Of a DNA stretch of 64,000 nt, positions 31,924-44,871 are shown one piece after another. The position numbers and the translations under genes were made by a program. How positions within the stretch are numbered: the first letter of the stretch is position 1; every line of letters begins with the position of its first letter. Source of the stretch: Nitrospirota bacterium (GTDB taxonomy: Bacteria; Nitrospirota; Thermodesulfovibrionia; Thermodesulfovibrionales; JdFR-86). Under the pieces are notes generated by a model, which was given only the letters and a program-made list of their open reading frames with translations, was not told the origin of the DNA and ran no database searches. Location: contig CAVRJY010000001.1 of the NCBI GenBank assembly GCA_963721805.1, positions 1,440,001-1,504,000 of the forward strand. Direction: 5' to 3'.

Positions 31924-32355
31924 ATGGTACGCCGGCACCTGCTGATGGCCCTCGTGATGCTCGCGCTCGTGGGGCTCGTGATCCACTACATAGCTCACCT
32001 TTTTTTCGTTCCCGACAGGGTCACGAAAGCCCTGACGTTTGACGGCTCGAAGTTCATGGCGTCATTATTGGGATTCGTCGACGTGTTCGTCGTCACGGGA
32101 CTTTTTCTGTCGCGCAGGACAGCGGTCTACGGGTATCTCCTAAACGGGATGATCGTCATACTCGGAACTATCCTCATGAGCCATTTCGCTATCGCGTCAT
32201 TCATCGCCAAGGGCATCCCGCCCGAAGGCGTCATCCTCGGCTCCAACGCGATAGACATTACCCTGGCATGGGCGGATTTCTTAGTGGGGCGCGCACTGTA
32301 TGAGGTTATCATGCAGGGTGAACGGGCAGCGGCATATGGGCAGGGGCGCGGCTAA
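31924..32355 (+). CDS. Hypothetical multi-pass membrane protein with His near TM helices
   Basis: 143 aa, about four hydrophobic segments, IHYIAH and MSHF. Confidence 0.7.
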   Translation: MVRRHLLMALVMLALVGLVIHYIAHLFFVPDRVTKALTFDGSKFMASLLGFVDVFVVTGLFLSRRTAVYGYLLNGMIVILGTILMSHFAIASFIAKGIPPEGVILGSNAIDITLAWADFLVGRALYEVIMQGERAAAYGQGRG

Positions 32356-32356
32356 A

Positions 32357-32453
32357 TGGCGAGAGCGTGTGGGAATCGAACCCACCCTGCCCCGATTAGG
32401 GGGCAACACTGGATTTGAAGTCCAGGAGGGACACCAGAGCCCTATACGCTCCC
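32357..32453 (-). tRNA. selC: tRNA-Sec (UCA)
   Basis: 97 nt; 8-bp acceptor stem GGGAGCGT/ACGCTCTC, anticodon arm CTGGA-CTTCAAA-TCCAG, long variable arm, GGTTCGATTCC, GCCA end. Confidence 0.95.
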
Positions 32454-32555
32454 AACTGAAGAAAGCCCCTTAAGTTTACTGGATATTCAGGCTGAATGCA
32501 AAGCTTGGCCAAAGGGCTTGCATGCACGAGCCTTATTAAAGCGGAGGTGTCCACC

Positions 32556-33491
32556 ATGCCTGACAGAGTCCTGTTCGTGGAGGATGAGCCCGGAGCACTG
32601 GGCGCGCTTAAGCGGCTGTTTTCGGGCGAGCCGGTCGAGGTGTCGGCCGCATCGAGCGCGGCCGGGGCCGAAGAGGCGATCAGCCGCGAGGAGGTCGCGG
32701 TCATCGTCTCTGACAACCTCGTCTCCGGCCTGACGGGCATCGAACTCCTGCAGCGCGTCAGGCACATATCCCCCCGGACGGTGCGCATACTAATGACCGC
32801 ACATACGGACGCCCAGGCGGCCATCGACGCGATCAACAAGGGCGAGGTCTTCAGGATCCTGACAAAACCCTGGGACGAAAAGGAGCTTAGAAAAACCGTG
32901 CTTGAGGCCGTTGGCCGCTACAGGGTCTCGAAGACCCTCGCCTCGGCCGACGAGCACACGACGCTCGCCATCGCGCAGGCGATCGAGCTGAAGGACCCGT
33001 ACACTAAGGGCCACTGCGACAGGGTTGCCGGCTACGCCCTTGCCCTCGCAAAAGAAGCGGGGCTGGACGAGGACACCCAAAGGTTAGTGAAGCTCGGGAG
33101 CTGGCTGCACGACTGCGGCAAGATAGGGGTCCCTGAGGCGATACTGAACCATACCGGCCCTCTGTCGAAGGCTGAATGGAATCTCGTGAGGAAGCACTCC
33201 GAATGGGGTGCGGACGTGGCGAGGGCCGCCGGGATGGACCCGCGCATCATCTCGATCATCCTGCACCACCACGAGAGATACGACGGCTCGGGCTATCCGT
33301 ACGGGCTCAAGGGCAAGGACCTCCCCGTCGAGGAGAGCGTCGTGGGCATAGCGGATATCTTCGATGCGCTCATGACGAACCGTCCGTACAGGCAAAGCTG
33401 GCCTCAGGAGCAGGTCATCTCGCACATGAAGCGCGGCAGCGGCACCCTTTTCGACCCCGTGCTGATCGAGATTTTAATCAGGCTTCTCTAG
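32556..33491 (+). CDS. Response regulator with HD-GYP phosphodiesterase domain
   Basis: Receiver domain; YTKGHC, LHDCGKIG, HHERYDGSGYP, RPYR; GGAGGT SD. Confidence 0.92.
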   Translation: MPDRVLFVEDEPGALGALKRLFSGEPVEVSAASSAAGAEEAISREEVAVIVSDNLVSGLTGIELLQRVRHISPRTVRILMTAHTDAQAAIDAINKGEVFRILTKPWDEKELRKTVLEAVGRYRVSKTLASADEHTTLAIAQAIELKDPYTKGHCDRVAGYALALAKEAGLDEDTQRLVKLGSWLHDCGKIGVPEAILNHTGPLSKAEWNLVRKHSEWGADVARAAGMDPRIISIILHHHERYDGSGYPYGLKGKDLPVEESVVGIADIFDALMTNRPYRQSWPQEQVISHMKRGSGTLFDPVLIEILIRLL

Positions 33492-33570
33492 AGCTATTTA
33501 ACTTTATTTTTAGGTATGTTTACTGATCTTATCTAAAGCGTTACTTAAACAATAGGGCTTTCTGATGCGA

Positions 33571-34572
33571 TCATGACTGCGGGTGTATGAATTCCGAGAC
33601 ATGGGGCAGAAGCTCCTTAAATTCCTGATAGGTCACGTTGCCCTGCCAGTGGCCAGAGAGCTTCGCGGCCAGTATGATCCCGAAAAACACCGCTATGACG
33701 ATCAGCCCGAAAGCCACGGGGTTGATCTTGCGCCCGGGCAGGCCCACGTCTAGCGCGCCCTTGGCCGGGCATACGCTCACGCAGCTCAGGCATCCGGTGC
33801 ACTCCGGCGAGCGCACGACCTTGAACTTATCTACCGGCAGGTTCGCGGGGCAGGTTTTCGCGCACTTCTGGCAATTGATGCACGCGGCCTCGTCACGCCT
33901 GATCTTGACGGGGCTAAGCATGCTGATGAGGCCCACTAGCGCGCCGTACGGGCAGAGGTACCGGCACCAAAAGTTCTTGACAGGCAGCGAGACCGCGACC
34001 AATGCCAGAAGCACTACAGCGGTAGTCATGCTCATCTTCGTAAAGAAAAACAACATCTTGGCGTCCGCGACCTTCCAGTACGGGGTGCCCATAAATGCGA
34101 GCACCGAGTCCGGCGTCATCTTGATAAACACGATATACAGAAATATGCCCATCAGTATGTACTTTAGCGACCTAAGCGCGATGTCCGCCCTCGGCCCGAG
34201 CTGGTAGTTGCGGCCGAATGCACGCGCCCCCAGCTTGTGCACGGCCTCGGAGAGCGTCCCGACCGGGCATATCCATCCGCAGAACGATTTCTTGAGCCAG
34301 AGCGATATCAAGATCGCGGCCGCGAAGATCACGAGCCCTGCCGGGTGTATCCAGTCGAAGACGCCGCGCGTGATCCAGAGCTTCAGCGCCATGAGCGACC
34401 CGATCGGCAGGAACCCCTCGACCATCGGTGGCCGGTCGACCTGAGGCCCGCCGCTCAGGAAGTGCTCCGTGAACTCGTAGAACCTGAAGCCGCCCCACGC
34501 GATGAGCAGGAATATCGCCCACTGCACGGCATAGCGGAAGCTGCGGACGTATGTGCGGTCGATCTTTACCAT
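33571..34572 (-). CDS. Membrane 4Fe-4S binding protein (NapH/YccM-like)
   Basis: FCGWICP, WCRYLCPYG, CINCQKCAKTCP, CTGCLSCVSVCP, several TM helices. Confidence 0.88.
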   Translation of the reverse strand: MVKIDRTYVRSFRYAVQWAIFLLIAWGGFRFYEFTEHFLSGGPQVDRPPMVEGFLPIGSLMALKLWITRGVFDWIHPAGLVIFAAAILISLWLKKSFCGWICPVGTLSEAVHKLGARAFGRNYQLGPRADIALRSLKYILMGIFLYIVFIKMTPDSVLAFMGTPYWKVADAKMLFFFTKMSMTTAVVLLALVAVSLPVKNFWCRYLCPYGALVGLISMLSPVKIRRDEAACINCQKCAKTCPANLPVDKFKVVRSPECTGCLSCVSVCPAKGALDVGLPGRKINPVAFGLIVIAVFFGIILAAKLSGHWQGNVTYQEFKELLPHVSEFIHPQS

Positions 34573-34616
34573 ACCGTATTGTAACGGATGGGACGTTCGA
34601 GAGGGTATGATCTACG

Positions 34617-35883
34617 TCAGGCTTTCGAGCAACGCATCTCTACCGCGCACTGGAAGCGCTTGCGGAAATCGTCCACGCTCAAACAAGCGGCCTTTGCGAG
34701 GTGATGGACCTCTTCGCCCTCCAGGTCGCCGGGCAGCAGGCGGATCATGTACTCAAGCGCGACCTGATAGGTCTCGCTCGTGATATCGACGAGCCTCAGG
34801 CGGGTCTTCCCTGTCACGGGGTCCGCGAGCTCGACGAACGGCACTGCCTTCAACCTGCCCTCGTAGAACACCACCATCGAGCCGGTGCCGCCAAGCAGTA
34901 GGAACCTCACCGCGCCGTATCCCAGGTTGCGCGTGTATTCGAGGTCATAGGGGATCGGGTCGGCCGCGCGGAGCTCGTAGCCTATGGTCTTATGGACTAT
35001 CGTGCAGGCGACGCCGCGCTCATGCATCTCCTTTTTAAGCTGGTCCTTCATGAGGCCGCCCGAGGTTGATCTCGGAGAGCCTGACGCGGCCTGCCTCGTC
35101 CTTCTCGAGGTGGGCATGGCTCTTGAGCTCCTCCGGGTCGAACTTGCTCGATATGCCCTCGGCGAGCACAGCGACGCCGAAGTTCTTTCCGGCCGCGAGC
35201 CGCTTGATGATCGAGCCTTCGAGGATCGTCGAGACGGTCTTGAACGATACGTGCTCGGGCAGCTCCTCGGGTATCAGCGTGATCGTGGCCCCGGCCGCCT
35301 TGCCGATGCCGAGCGCGAGGTGGCCGGTATAGCGGCCCATCGTCGTGATGAAGTACCACCGCCCGGTCGAGCGCGCGTCCTCAATCAGATTGCTCACGAT
35401 CTCCACGCCCCAGTGGCGCGCGGTCTCGTAGCCGAACGTGGGCACGCCGCCCGGAAGCGGGATGTCGTTGTCTATCGTCTTGGGTACGTGGATGACCGCT
35501 ATCGAGCCCTTGGCCTCGCGCTCTATCCATCGCGCCATGAAAAGCGTCCCGTCGCCGCCGATCGTGAGCAGGTATCGCACCTTCAGGGAGCGGAGCGTCT
35601 TCATCAGAATGCCGAACTCCTCTTGCAGCCGCTCGGGGAAGTCGCGGGAGGTGGTCAGGATCGAGCCCCCGGTGTCGTGGATGCGGGCGACGTCATCGAT
35701 GGTCAGGCGCACGGCGGCCTTTCGGTCGCCGTTAAACAGGCTCTTGAAACCGCCCTTTATGCCGATGACGGTCTTGCCGCTTTTTTCGGCCTCGATCACC
35801 GCGGCGCTGATCACGCCGTTGATGCCCGGTGCCGGGCCGCCGCCTACGATGATGGCCAGGACCTCGCTATTTTTCGCCGCCAC
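34617..35883 (-). CDS. 6-phosphofructokinase (probably PPi-dependent); frameshift near 35060
   Basis: GGGPAPGIN, IGGDGT, PKTIDND, MGR, AEG, then GYELR in the next frame. Confidence 0.88.
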
Positions 35884-35901
35884 TAACCCCCCGATCTAAA
35901 T

Positions 35902-35939
35902 CGTAGGGGGACGCCCCGTTATAGAGGCGTCCCCCTACG
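35902..35939. repeat. GTAG-type REP-like hairpin between fba and pfk
   Basis: CGTAGGGGGACGCC-N10-GGCGTCCCCCTACG, perfect 14-bp stem; single copy in the window. Confidence 0.6.
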
Positions 35940-35954
35940 GATACATTCCTGATG

Positions 35955-37312
35955 CTAGGCCAGGAGCGCCTTTGCCTCTGCGGGCAGCTCCTTCGCGACC
36001 ACGACGGGCTTCACGTTTTTGTTGACCATCACGGTCGTGCCGTTGACCTTGAGTTTCGTAAACAGGAACTCGAACTTCGCCCCGAGCTCTTCCATCAGCT
36101 TGGCGCGGACGTCGGCCGGGAGGGTCCACCAGTCTTTCTTCTTTGTGCCGAAGCCCTTCTTGCGGGTCTTGTATATGAACTGCTCCTCGGTCTCGCCCTC
36201 TTTCTTTTCCTTGGCGAACTCGACCAGTATGTAGTCGTAAATCTTCTTCTTGAAATCCCCGGGCAGTGGCCGGGCTGTCGTAGATGATGTTCTGAAACCC
36301 GGTCGCGAGGTGGACCTCCGAGGTCCCTGGTCTGCGGGAACATATGGAATGCGTCGTCCGGCAGGGTCGACGCGCCGTGCTGCACGCAGCCGGAGAGCCC
36401 GAACTCCTTGCGCGCGATCTCGGAAAGTTCGCGCAGGGCCTCGAAGTCGATCTTGACCTTGGCCAGAGTGCCGTCCGGCAGTACGACGCCGCCGTGCGCG
36501 GTGCCGGTCTGGATGCTGAGCTTGCTCAGGCCGGTGCCGCCCTTAAATGATTCCTTGAACCCGGCGAGGTATGCGCGCAGCTCGTTTGCGTTGGAGTTCT
36601 TGCCGCCGATCTCGCCGATCTCGCCGCCAATGGATATGGTAACTCCCTTGGGCTCGCTCTCGCGCACGACTCCGGCAAGCTCCGCCGCGAGCGAGAAGTT
36701 CGGCCTCTGCTGCTCCTTGACGTCCGCGGGCGTCAGGTCCACGAGCGTGGAGGTGTCGATGTCTATGTTATAGAACTCCGCGTCGATGGCCTCCTTGATG
36801 AGGCCCTTGAGGTAGTTGGTCTCGGCCGCAGGGTCTGATTTCATGTTTTTAAGCGTTGCCTGGAAGTGGTCGCCCTGTATGAAGACCGGCCCGACGTAGC
36901 CTTCCTTGACAGCGGCCGCGAGCACGACGGTCGAGTACTCAAGCGGGCGCTGCTTCGTGTAGCCGATCTCGGAGCGCGCGATCTCGAAGATCATCGCGTT
37001 GACGTCGAGCTTGCGCGCGGCGCGGAACACGGCCTTCGAGGAGTCGTACGCGAGGCCGCGTATGTTCATAGCGGGCACGGTGAAGCCCGGATAGGACTTG
37101 CCCATCGCCTCGTAAAGCCCCTGTATCGACGCGGGCACCGCCCCGGCAGCCTTGCATGCCTCTTTGATCAGGATCAGCTTGGCCTTCCGCTTCGCGTCGT
37201 CGGCCTCGAAGACCGCGTCGAAGATCAGCTCGTCCATCGATTCGCGGAGCTTCCCAAGGTCCTTGACCTTCACGGCCCCGTTTTCCAGCGCGAGAATCTG
37301 CTTCAAATCCAT
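35955..37312 (-). CDS. Class II fructose-bisphosphate aldolase family protein; two frameshifts near 36328 and 36268
   Basis: FEIARSEIGYT, QGDH, GEIGEIGG, QTGTAHGG, VQHGASTLP, EVHLATGFQN after the shift, FIYKTRKK tail to TAG at 35955. Confidence 0.85.
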
Positions 37313-37512
37313 CTAACTTCCTCCTTGTAAGATATATTGTTCATTAGTACTTCGGTAAAAACCGGAAATGGTAAATATATACCGTCACCGGAACGACAGC
37401 ATGATTATACTTCCTAACGCGGAAAATGTGAAGTTGCATTTGCGCGCTCCGGTGCAATGCCCGGCCCGCCGCCCCGCCTAATTTTTTTCCCCGGCTATCG
37501 TATAATATGCCG

Positions 37513-39167
37513 ATGAGCGATCCCGACGTGAAGACCGCGGCGCAAAAGCATGACATACTGGCCGAAAAAAGCACCTGGCTCTTCACGCTGAAGCGCAAGA
37601 TCACGGTCTCGCTCTTCGCGCTCATGTCGGTCTCGATGGCCGTGACCGTGGCCATCATCGCGGTCTTCGTCTGGAGGTCGCTGATCGACGACGACAGGGC
37701 CAAGACCCAGGAACTCGCCAATACCATGCAGGCCGGGCTCCGAAACCTGATGATCATGCGCGCCCCGGCCCTGATCGACAACTCCATCGACGCCGCGGTC
37801 AAGGGCGGCGGCTCGTTAAGAAGCGTCATGATCCTCGACTCCCGAGGCAGGATCGCCTATTCGACCCATCCCGCCGACGAGGGCAAGGTTATCGACCGGT
37901 TCAGCGAGCCGAGCTGCGTTGGTTGCCACAAGCTCCAGGGCTCGAGCCCGACGCACAGTGACCTGGTAGTGAGCATAGGCGGCGCGAAGGTCCACAGGGT
38001 GGTCCTCCCGCTGCTGAACGAGCCGGTCTGCAACGCCTGCCACGACCCCTCGCGCCCGATCATCGGAAAGCTGATCATAGACAGGTCGCTCGAGCCCACA
38101 TATTCCCTGCTGCGCGGCATCATATACGTGATGGCCGGGATCGGCGCTCTCTGCCTCGGCGGGGTGTTCCTGCTGCTTTCGCGCGGCGTCGACAGGTACA
38201 TCGACGAGGTCGTAAGCAAGAGCACCGAACTCAACGTGCTGTACTCCATGGTCGACCGCCTGAGCAAGACCATCGACATCGACGGCCTCAAGCGCGTCGT
38301 GGCCGAGATACTCTCCGACACCGTCGGCTCGGCCGAGATATGCATTGTCGAGCGCAAGAACGAGACCTCGTTCAGGGTGACGGAGTGGAAGCGCGAGACC
38401 GGACGGCTCGAGCGAAAACGGATCGACAGGGAGGACAGGCTCAACTTCGTGGCCGGCGAATGGCTCGCCGGGAGGCTCACCTACGCGCGCCCTCGGGCGA
38501 CGGCTCCGAGATATACATGCCGCTGGTCGGGATGACCGTGCCCCTCGGGCTGGTCGTGATAAAGAAAGACGAGGCCGTCTCGCCAGTCAACATGGAGCTG
38601 ATCGCGGCGATGGCCAAGCACATAGCCATCGCGTTTGAAAACGCGCGGCTCTATAACATCGCGATAACCGACGAGCTCACGATGCTGTTCACGCAGAGGC
38701 ACTTCAGGCACGTCCTCGAGAGGGAATTTGACAATTTCGAGCGCTACGGCGAGAGCCTGAGCCTCCTGATGATCGACGTCGACGACTTCAAGCCGGTCAA
38801 CGACACCTACGGGCACATCATCGGCGACGCCGTCCTGAGGGGCATCGCCGACTGCGTCAAGGACTCGATCCGCGCAACGGACATCGCATTCCGGTACGGG
38901 GGGGAGGAACTGGCCGTGATACTTCCGGCCACCGGGGTGAAGGGCGCGATGGAGGTCTCCGAGAGGATCAGGACCGCGGTCAAGAGTTCCGTGTTCGACG
39001 AGATGCGCCACCGGGTCAGGGTCACGGTGAGCATAGGGGTCTCGGTCTGCCCCCTGAACGCCTCGTCAATGTACGGGCTGAAGGTCACGGCCGACGAGGC
39101 GCTCTACGAAGCGAAGAAGGCAGGCAAGGACCGCACAGTCCAGTACGAAGGCTGCTGGGAAGGCTGA
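37513..39167 (+). CDS. Membrane diguanylate cyclase with two periplasmic CxxCH motifs; frameshift near 38487
   Basis: TM-CVGCH-CNACH-TM, GAF-like segment (ENARLY), TDELT, DVDDFK, RYGGEEL. Confidence 0.85.
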
Positions 39168-39214
39168 GTTTCAAGGCAGGGGTTCGCGCGGGCGGATGCA
39201 CGCGGCGATGAATG

Positions 39215-39670
39215 CTACTGCTGTTCCTCGAGTTTTTCCATGGCCTCTTCCTGCTCTTTCAGTTCCTGACAGTCGCGGCAGCGGATGGCGAAAGGCAGGA
39301 CCTTGAGGCGCTCGGTGCTGATCTGGTCGCCGCAGTCCTCGCATATGCCGTAGGTGCCCTCGTCGAGCTTGCGCAGGGATTCGTCGATCTTCAGGAGGGC
39401 GTCGCGGTGCGCCCCGAGCACCTGCAGCGCAACGGTCTCGTTGTGGTCTATGACGGCGAGGTCTCCGTCGTCGAGGGCCGAGTCCACGGTGTCGCGGTTT
39501 TCGCCGGTGACATATTTTGATATCTCGGTGCGCGACTCCGAGAGCAGCTCGTCGCGCCTGCCCTGGAGCAGCTCGCGGAGCTGCCTGTTGCGGACGGTAT
39601 CGGGGCTCTCGGCGCCGTCGCCGCTTGCGGCCTTGACGGTCTTGCGCTTTACTTTTTTCGCATCTGCCAT
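39215..39670 (-). CDS. DksA/TraR C4 zinc-finger protein
   Basis: DDGDLA coiled-coil tip, GTYGICEDCG...RL...CRDC. Confidence 0.9.
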   Translation of the reverse strand: MADAKKVKRKTVKAASGDGAESPDTVRNRQLRELLQGRRDELLSESRTEISKYVTGENRDTVDSALDDGDLAVIDHNETVALQVLGAHRDALLKIDESLRKLDEGTYGICEDCGDQISTERLKVLPFAIRCRDCQELKEQEEAMEKLEEQQ

Positions 39671-39677
39671 AGGCGGC

Positions 39678-39818
39678 CTATTTCTCTGCCTTAGCCGCAG
39701 CCTCTTCGACCTTGTGGACTTCCTGAATCCCGCGGACGTTTATGCCCGCGTCCTTGAGCGCCTTCTGTATATCGACCGGCTTCGCGTCGACGACCTTCAG
39801 TATATAGTTGATGTTCAT
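39678..39818 (-). CDS. Small hypothetical protein (46 aa)
   Basis: MNINYILKVVDAKPVDIQKALKDAGINVRGIQEVHKVEEAAAKAEK*; fills the frr-dksA gap with 7-nt spacers. Confidence 0.6.
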   Translation of the reverse strand: MNINYILKVVDAKPVDIQKALKDAGINVRGIQEVHKVEEAAAKAEK

Positions 39819-39825
39819 AGCCCTG

Positions 39826-41748
<1,923 letters not shown>

Positions 41749-41749
<1 letters not shown>

Positions 41750-42550
41750 TACTGCGCAACCTCCTCGGTGGTCTTCGCTGCCTCGGCCGGGGCCGGGGCC
41801 GCTGCCGCTGCCGCCGCTTCGGCCGCTGCCGCTGCTGCCTCGGCCGCCTCGGCCATCTGCTTCTCGATCGTCTGCCTGCCCTCGCGCATCGCGGCGCCCA
41901 TCTTTGAGGTCATCAGCGCGATGGCGCGGATGGCGTCGTCGTTGCCGGGGATGACGTAGTCGATCAGGTCCGGGTCGCAGTTGGTATCGACGAGCGCGAC
42001 GATCGGGATCTTGAGCTTGCGGGCTTCCTGCACCGCGATGTCTTCCTTCTTGGGGTCGATGATGAAGATGATGTCCGGCAGGCCGGGCATGTCCTTGATG
42101 CCGCTCATGTACTTCTCAAGCCTGGTGCGGATCTTCTCGAGCCCGGCGATCTCTTTCTTGGTGAGCTTCGCGTACGTGCCGTCAGCCCTCATCATGGTCG
42201 ATCTTCTTGAGCTTGTCGATGCTCTTTCTGATGGTCGCGAAGTTCGTGAGCATCCCGCCGAGCCAGCGCTGGTTGATGTAGTAAGCGCCGCACTTGTGCG
42301 CCTCCTCGACGATCGAGTCCTGGGCCTGCTTCTTGGTGCCGACGAAGAGCACCCTTGCGTTGCGGGTCGAGGAGTCGCGCACGAAATTGTATGCGACCTC
42401 GAGGCCCTTCATCGTCTTTTGGAGGTCGATGATGTAGATGTCGTTACGTTCGCCGAAGATGTATTTCTTCATCTTCGGGTTCCAGCGCTTGACCTGATGG
42501 CCGAAGTGCACTCCAGCTTCGAGGAGTTCCTTCATCGTGATGACGCTCAT
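41749..42550 (-). CDS. rpsB: 30S ribosomal protein S2; frameshift near 42196
   Basis: [39 protein letters not shown]. Confidence 0.96.
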
Positions 42551-42580
42551 TGCTGATTCTCCTTGTGCTGCGCGGTTTTT

Positions 42581-42650
42581 CCTCCGCCCGAACCCTTCGT
42601 CTCCCCGCAATGCGGGGACCGGACGGGGGCATGCTCAGCCGGGCGTGTGT
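42581..42650 (-). promoter_or_regulatory. rpsB (S2) autoregulatory leader, t44-like
   Basis: Minus strand ACACACGCCCG...GGT-hairpin...CGGGCGGAGG upstream of rpsB, matching the usual ACACAC and GGAGG boundaries. Confidence 0.65.
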
Positions 42651-42739
42651 TATTAGTAAGGCAGAGGAGTTTAGCATATGCCACGGTTTGATATCAAGGC
42701 AATGACGTACATATAGTGATGTATAATTAAGCAGATGCT

Positions 42740-43888
42740 ATGCAAAACAAGGAGATACGCCACTTGGAGCAGATAGTCGTCAACGTGGCCGAAGCGCCGC
42801 TTCTCGAGCGCGCCTTAAGCAGGCAGATGCGCCCCCCTGACATCAGGGCCGCGGTGGACCTGGCCGAGGTGCTCAAAGAGATACTCTCGTGGGCGAACCG
42901 GTTTGTCCCCTCGCACTCCGGCTCGGTGCTTATCGACGACCCCGTGGCCCCGCCCGGCCCGGGCGGGCTGCGCGAGCTGTATTTCCTGGCCTGCTTCGGG
43001 CCCGGATCGGAGAATATCGCCGGCACGCGCCTCGACGAGAGCAAGGGGATCGCCGGAGAGACCTACCTCAAGGGCTGCCCTTACATCAGCAGGGACGTAG
43101 TGCACGACAGCAAGTTCTTCCCCGACATCGACGCGATGACCGAGCACAAGAGCCTCTCGATCATCTGCGCCCCGGTCGTCGTCCAGGGCCGCATAATCGG
43201 GGTCATCGAGCTGATCAACCGGATCGGGCGGGAGAGCTTCGACGGGAGCGACCTGGTCCTGCTGGAGATCTTCGCCGGATACACCGGCACGCTGATAGAA
43301 AACGCCCTCTCGGCGCGCGCCTTCAAGGAGATGTCGAGGCGCGACAATCTCACGGACCTCTACAACGACCGATACTTCTTCCACGCCCTTAAGTTTGAGA
43401 TCGTGCGCGCGCTCGAGACCGGCGGCGACGTCTCGCTCGTGTTTTTCGACCTCGACCACTTCAAGACGGTCAACGACACGTTCGGCCACATGGCCGGAAG
43501 CCGCGTTCTGAAGGAGGTGGCGGACGTCCTGCGCGGGGTCTTCACGCGGGGCGACGAGGTCATGGCCCGCTACGGGGGCGACGAGTACGTCGTGGTGCTT
43601 CCGGGCTCGGGCATCCGCGATGCGGCCGCGATGGCAGAGCGCATGAGGGCCGCGATATCCGGCTTCACCTTCATAAAGCAGCCGGGCGGCCACGGCGAGT
43701 TCCCGCTCGACATATCTGACCTGATAACGTGCAGCGCGGGCGTGGCATCGCTGCGCCACAACCTCTCGGCCTCCTGGACCCCTGAACAGATGGTCGACGA
43801 CCTCATAAGAAAGGCGGACCGCGCGATGTACGAATCGAAGGAAAACGGCAAGGACCGCGTCACGGTCTCGGGCGAGCATACCCTATGA
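42740..43888 (+). CDS. GAF-GGDEF diguanylate cyclase
   Basis: GAF (GIAG...IICAP...GVIELIN), DNLT, DLDHFKTVND, RYGGDEY. Confidence 0.92.
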   Translation: MQNKEIRHLEQIVVNVAEAPLLERALSRQMRPPDIRAAVDLAEVLKEILSWANRFVPSHSGSVLIDDPVAPPGPGGLRELYFLACFGPGSENIAGTRLDESKGIAGETYLKGCPYISRDVVHDSKFFPDIDAMTEHKSLSIICAPVVVQGRIIGVIELINRIGRESFDGSDLVLLEIFAGYTGTLIENALSARAFKEMSRRDNLTDLYNDRYFFHALKFEIVRALETGGDVSLVFFDLDHFKTVNDTFGHMAGSRVLKEVADVLRGVFTRGDEVMARYGGDEYVVVLPGSGIRDAAAMAERMRAAISGFTFIKQPGGHGEFPLDISDLITCSAGVASLRHNLSASWTPEQMVDDLIRKADRAMYESKENGKDRVTVSGEHTL

Positions 43889-44859
43889 GCCATATGAGGG
43901 CGCTGCTGTTCGATGGCGTGCTGAACGTAAAGTCCGGCTATCCTGTGCCTGTGCCGGCGGCCGGCGAGGCGCTCGTGAGGGTGAGGGTAGCTGGCATCTG
44001 CAACACCGACCTCGAGATCACGCGAGGCTACATGGACTTCAAGGGCGTGCTCGGCCACGAGTTCGTGGGGGTGGTGGAGCGCGGCGAGGGCCGCGCCTCT
44101 GCTCTCGCGGGCCGCCGCGTGGTCGGCGAGATCAACATCGGCTGCGGGAGCTGCCACGCCTGCCTTGCCGGGTTCGCAACGCACTGCGCACGGCGCGATG
44201 TCCTGGGCATCCTCGCCAAGGACGGGGCGATGGCCGATTACCTCACCCTGCCCGCCGGCAACCTGATCGAGGTCCCCGAGGGCGTGAGCGACGAGGAGGC
44301 GGTCTTCACCGAGCCGCTCGCGGCCGCGTTCGAGATCATCGAGCAGGTGCACGTCAGGCCCACCGCGCGCGTGCTCGTGATGGGCGACGGCAAACTCGGC
44401 CTGCTGTGCGCGATGGCGCTCGCAACTACAAGGGCCGAGGTATCGGTGCTAGGCCACCATGCGCACAAGCTCGCTATCGCGAGCCGTCTCGGCATGGCTA
44501 CCTATACCCTGCCTGAGGACGCAGGCGGACGGTCATATGATATAGTTATCGAAGCGACCGGCTCGGCCGGAGGGCTGGGCACCGCGCTCGGGCTCGTGAG
44601 GCCGCGCGGCACCGTCGTTTTAAAGAGCACGGTCGCCGCATCGGCCGATATGAACCTCGCCCCGATAGTGATAGACGAGATCACGGTAGTGGGCTCGCGC
44701 TGCGGCCCGTTTCAGCCCGCACTGAGGGCGATAGCATCGGGCGCCGTGGACGTGATGCCGCTTTTGGGCGGCATATACAGGATCGAAGATTCGCTTGAGG
44801 CGTTCAGCGCCGCATCCGGTCGCGACGCGCTCAAGATCCTGATCGACCTTCGAGGATAA
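43885..44859 (+). CDS. Zinc-binding MDR-family alcohol dehydrogenase
   Basis: GICNTD, GHEFVG, CGSCHAC...C, GDGKLG, GSRCGPF. Confidence 0.9.
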   Translation: MSHMRALLFDGVLNVKSGYPVPVPAAGEALVRVRVAGICNTDLEITRGYMDFKGVLGHEFVGVVERGEGRASALAGRRVVGEINIGCGSCHACLAGFATHCARRDVLGILAKDGAMADYLTLPAGNLIEVPEGVSDEEAVFTEPLAAAFEIIEQVHVRPTARVLVMGDGKLGLLCAMALATTRAEVSVLGHHAHKLAIASRLGMATYTLPEDAGGRSYDIVIEATGSAGGLGTALGLVRPRGTVVLKSTVAASADMNLAPIVIDEITVVGSRCGPFQPALRAIASGAVDVMPLLGGIYRIEDSLEAFSAASGRDALKILIDLRG

Positions 44860-44871
44860 GGAGGCTGCACC

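Noticed and set aside
41780..41855. GCC/GCT microsatellite-like tract
   Set aside because: Encodes the Ala-rich low-complexity tail of ribosomal protein S2.
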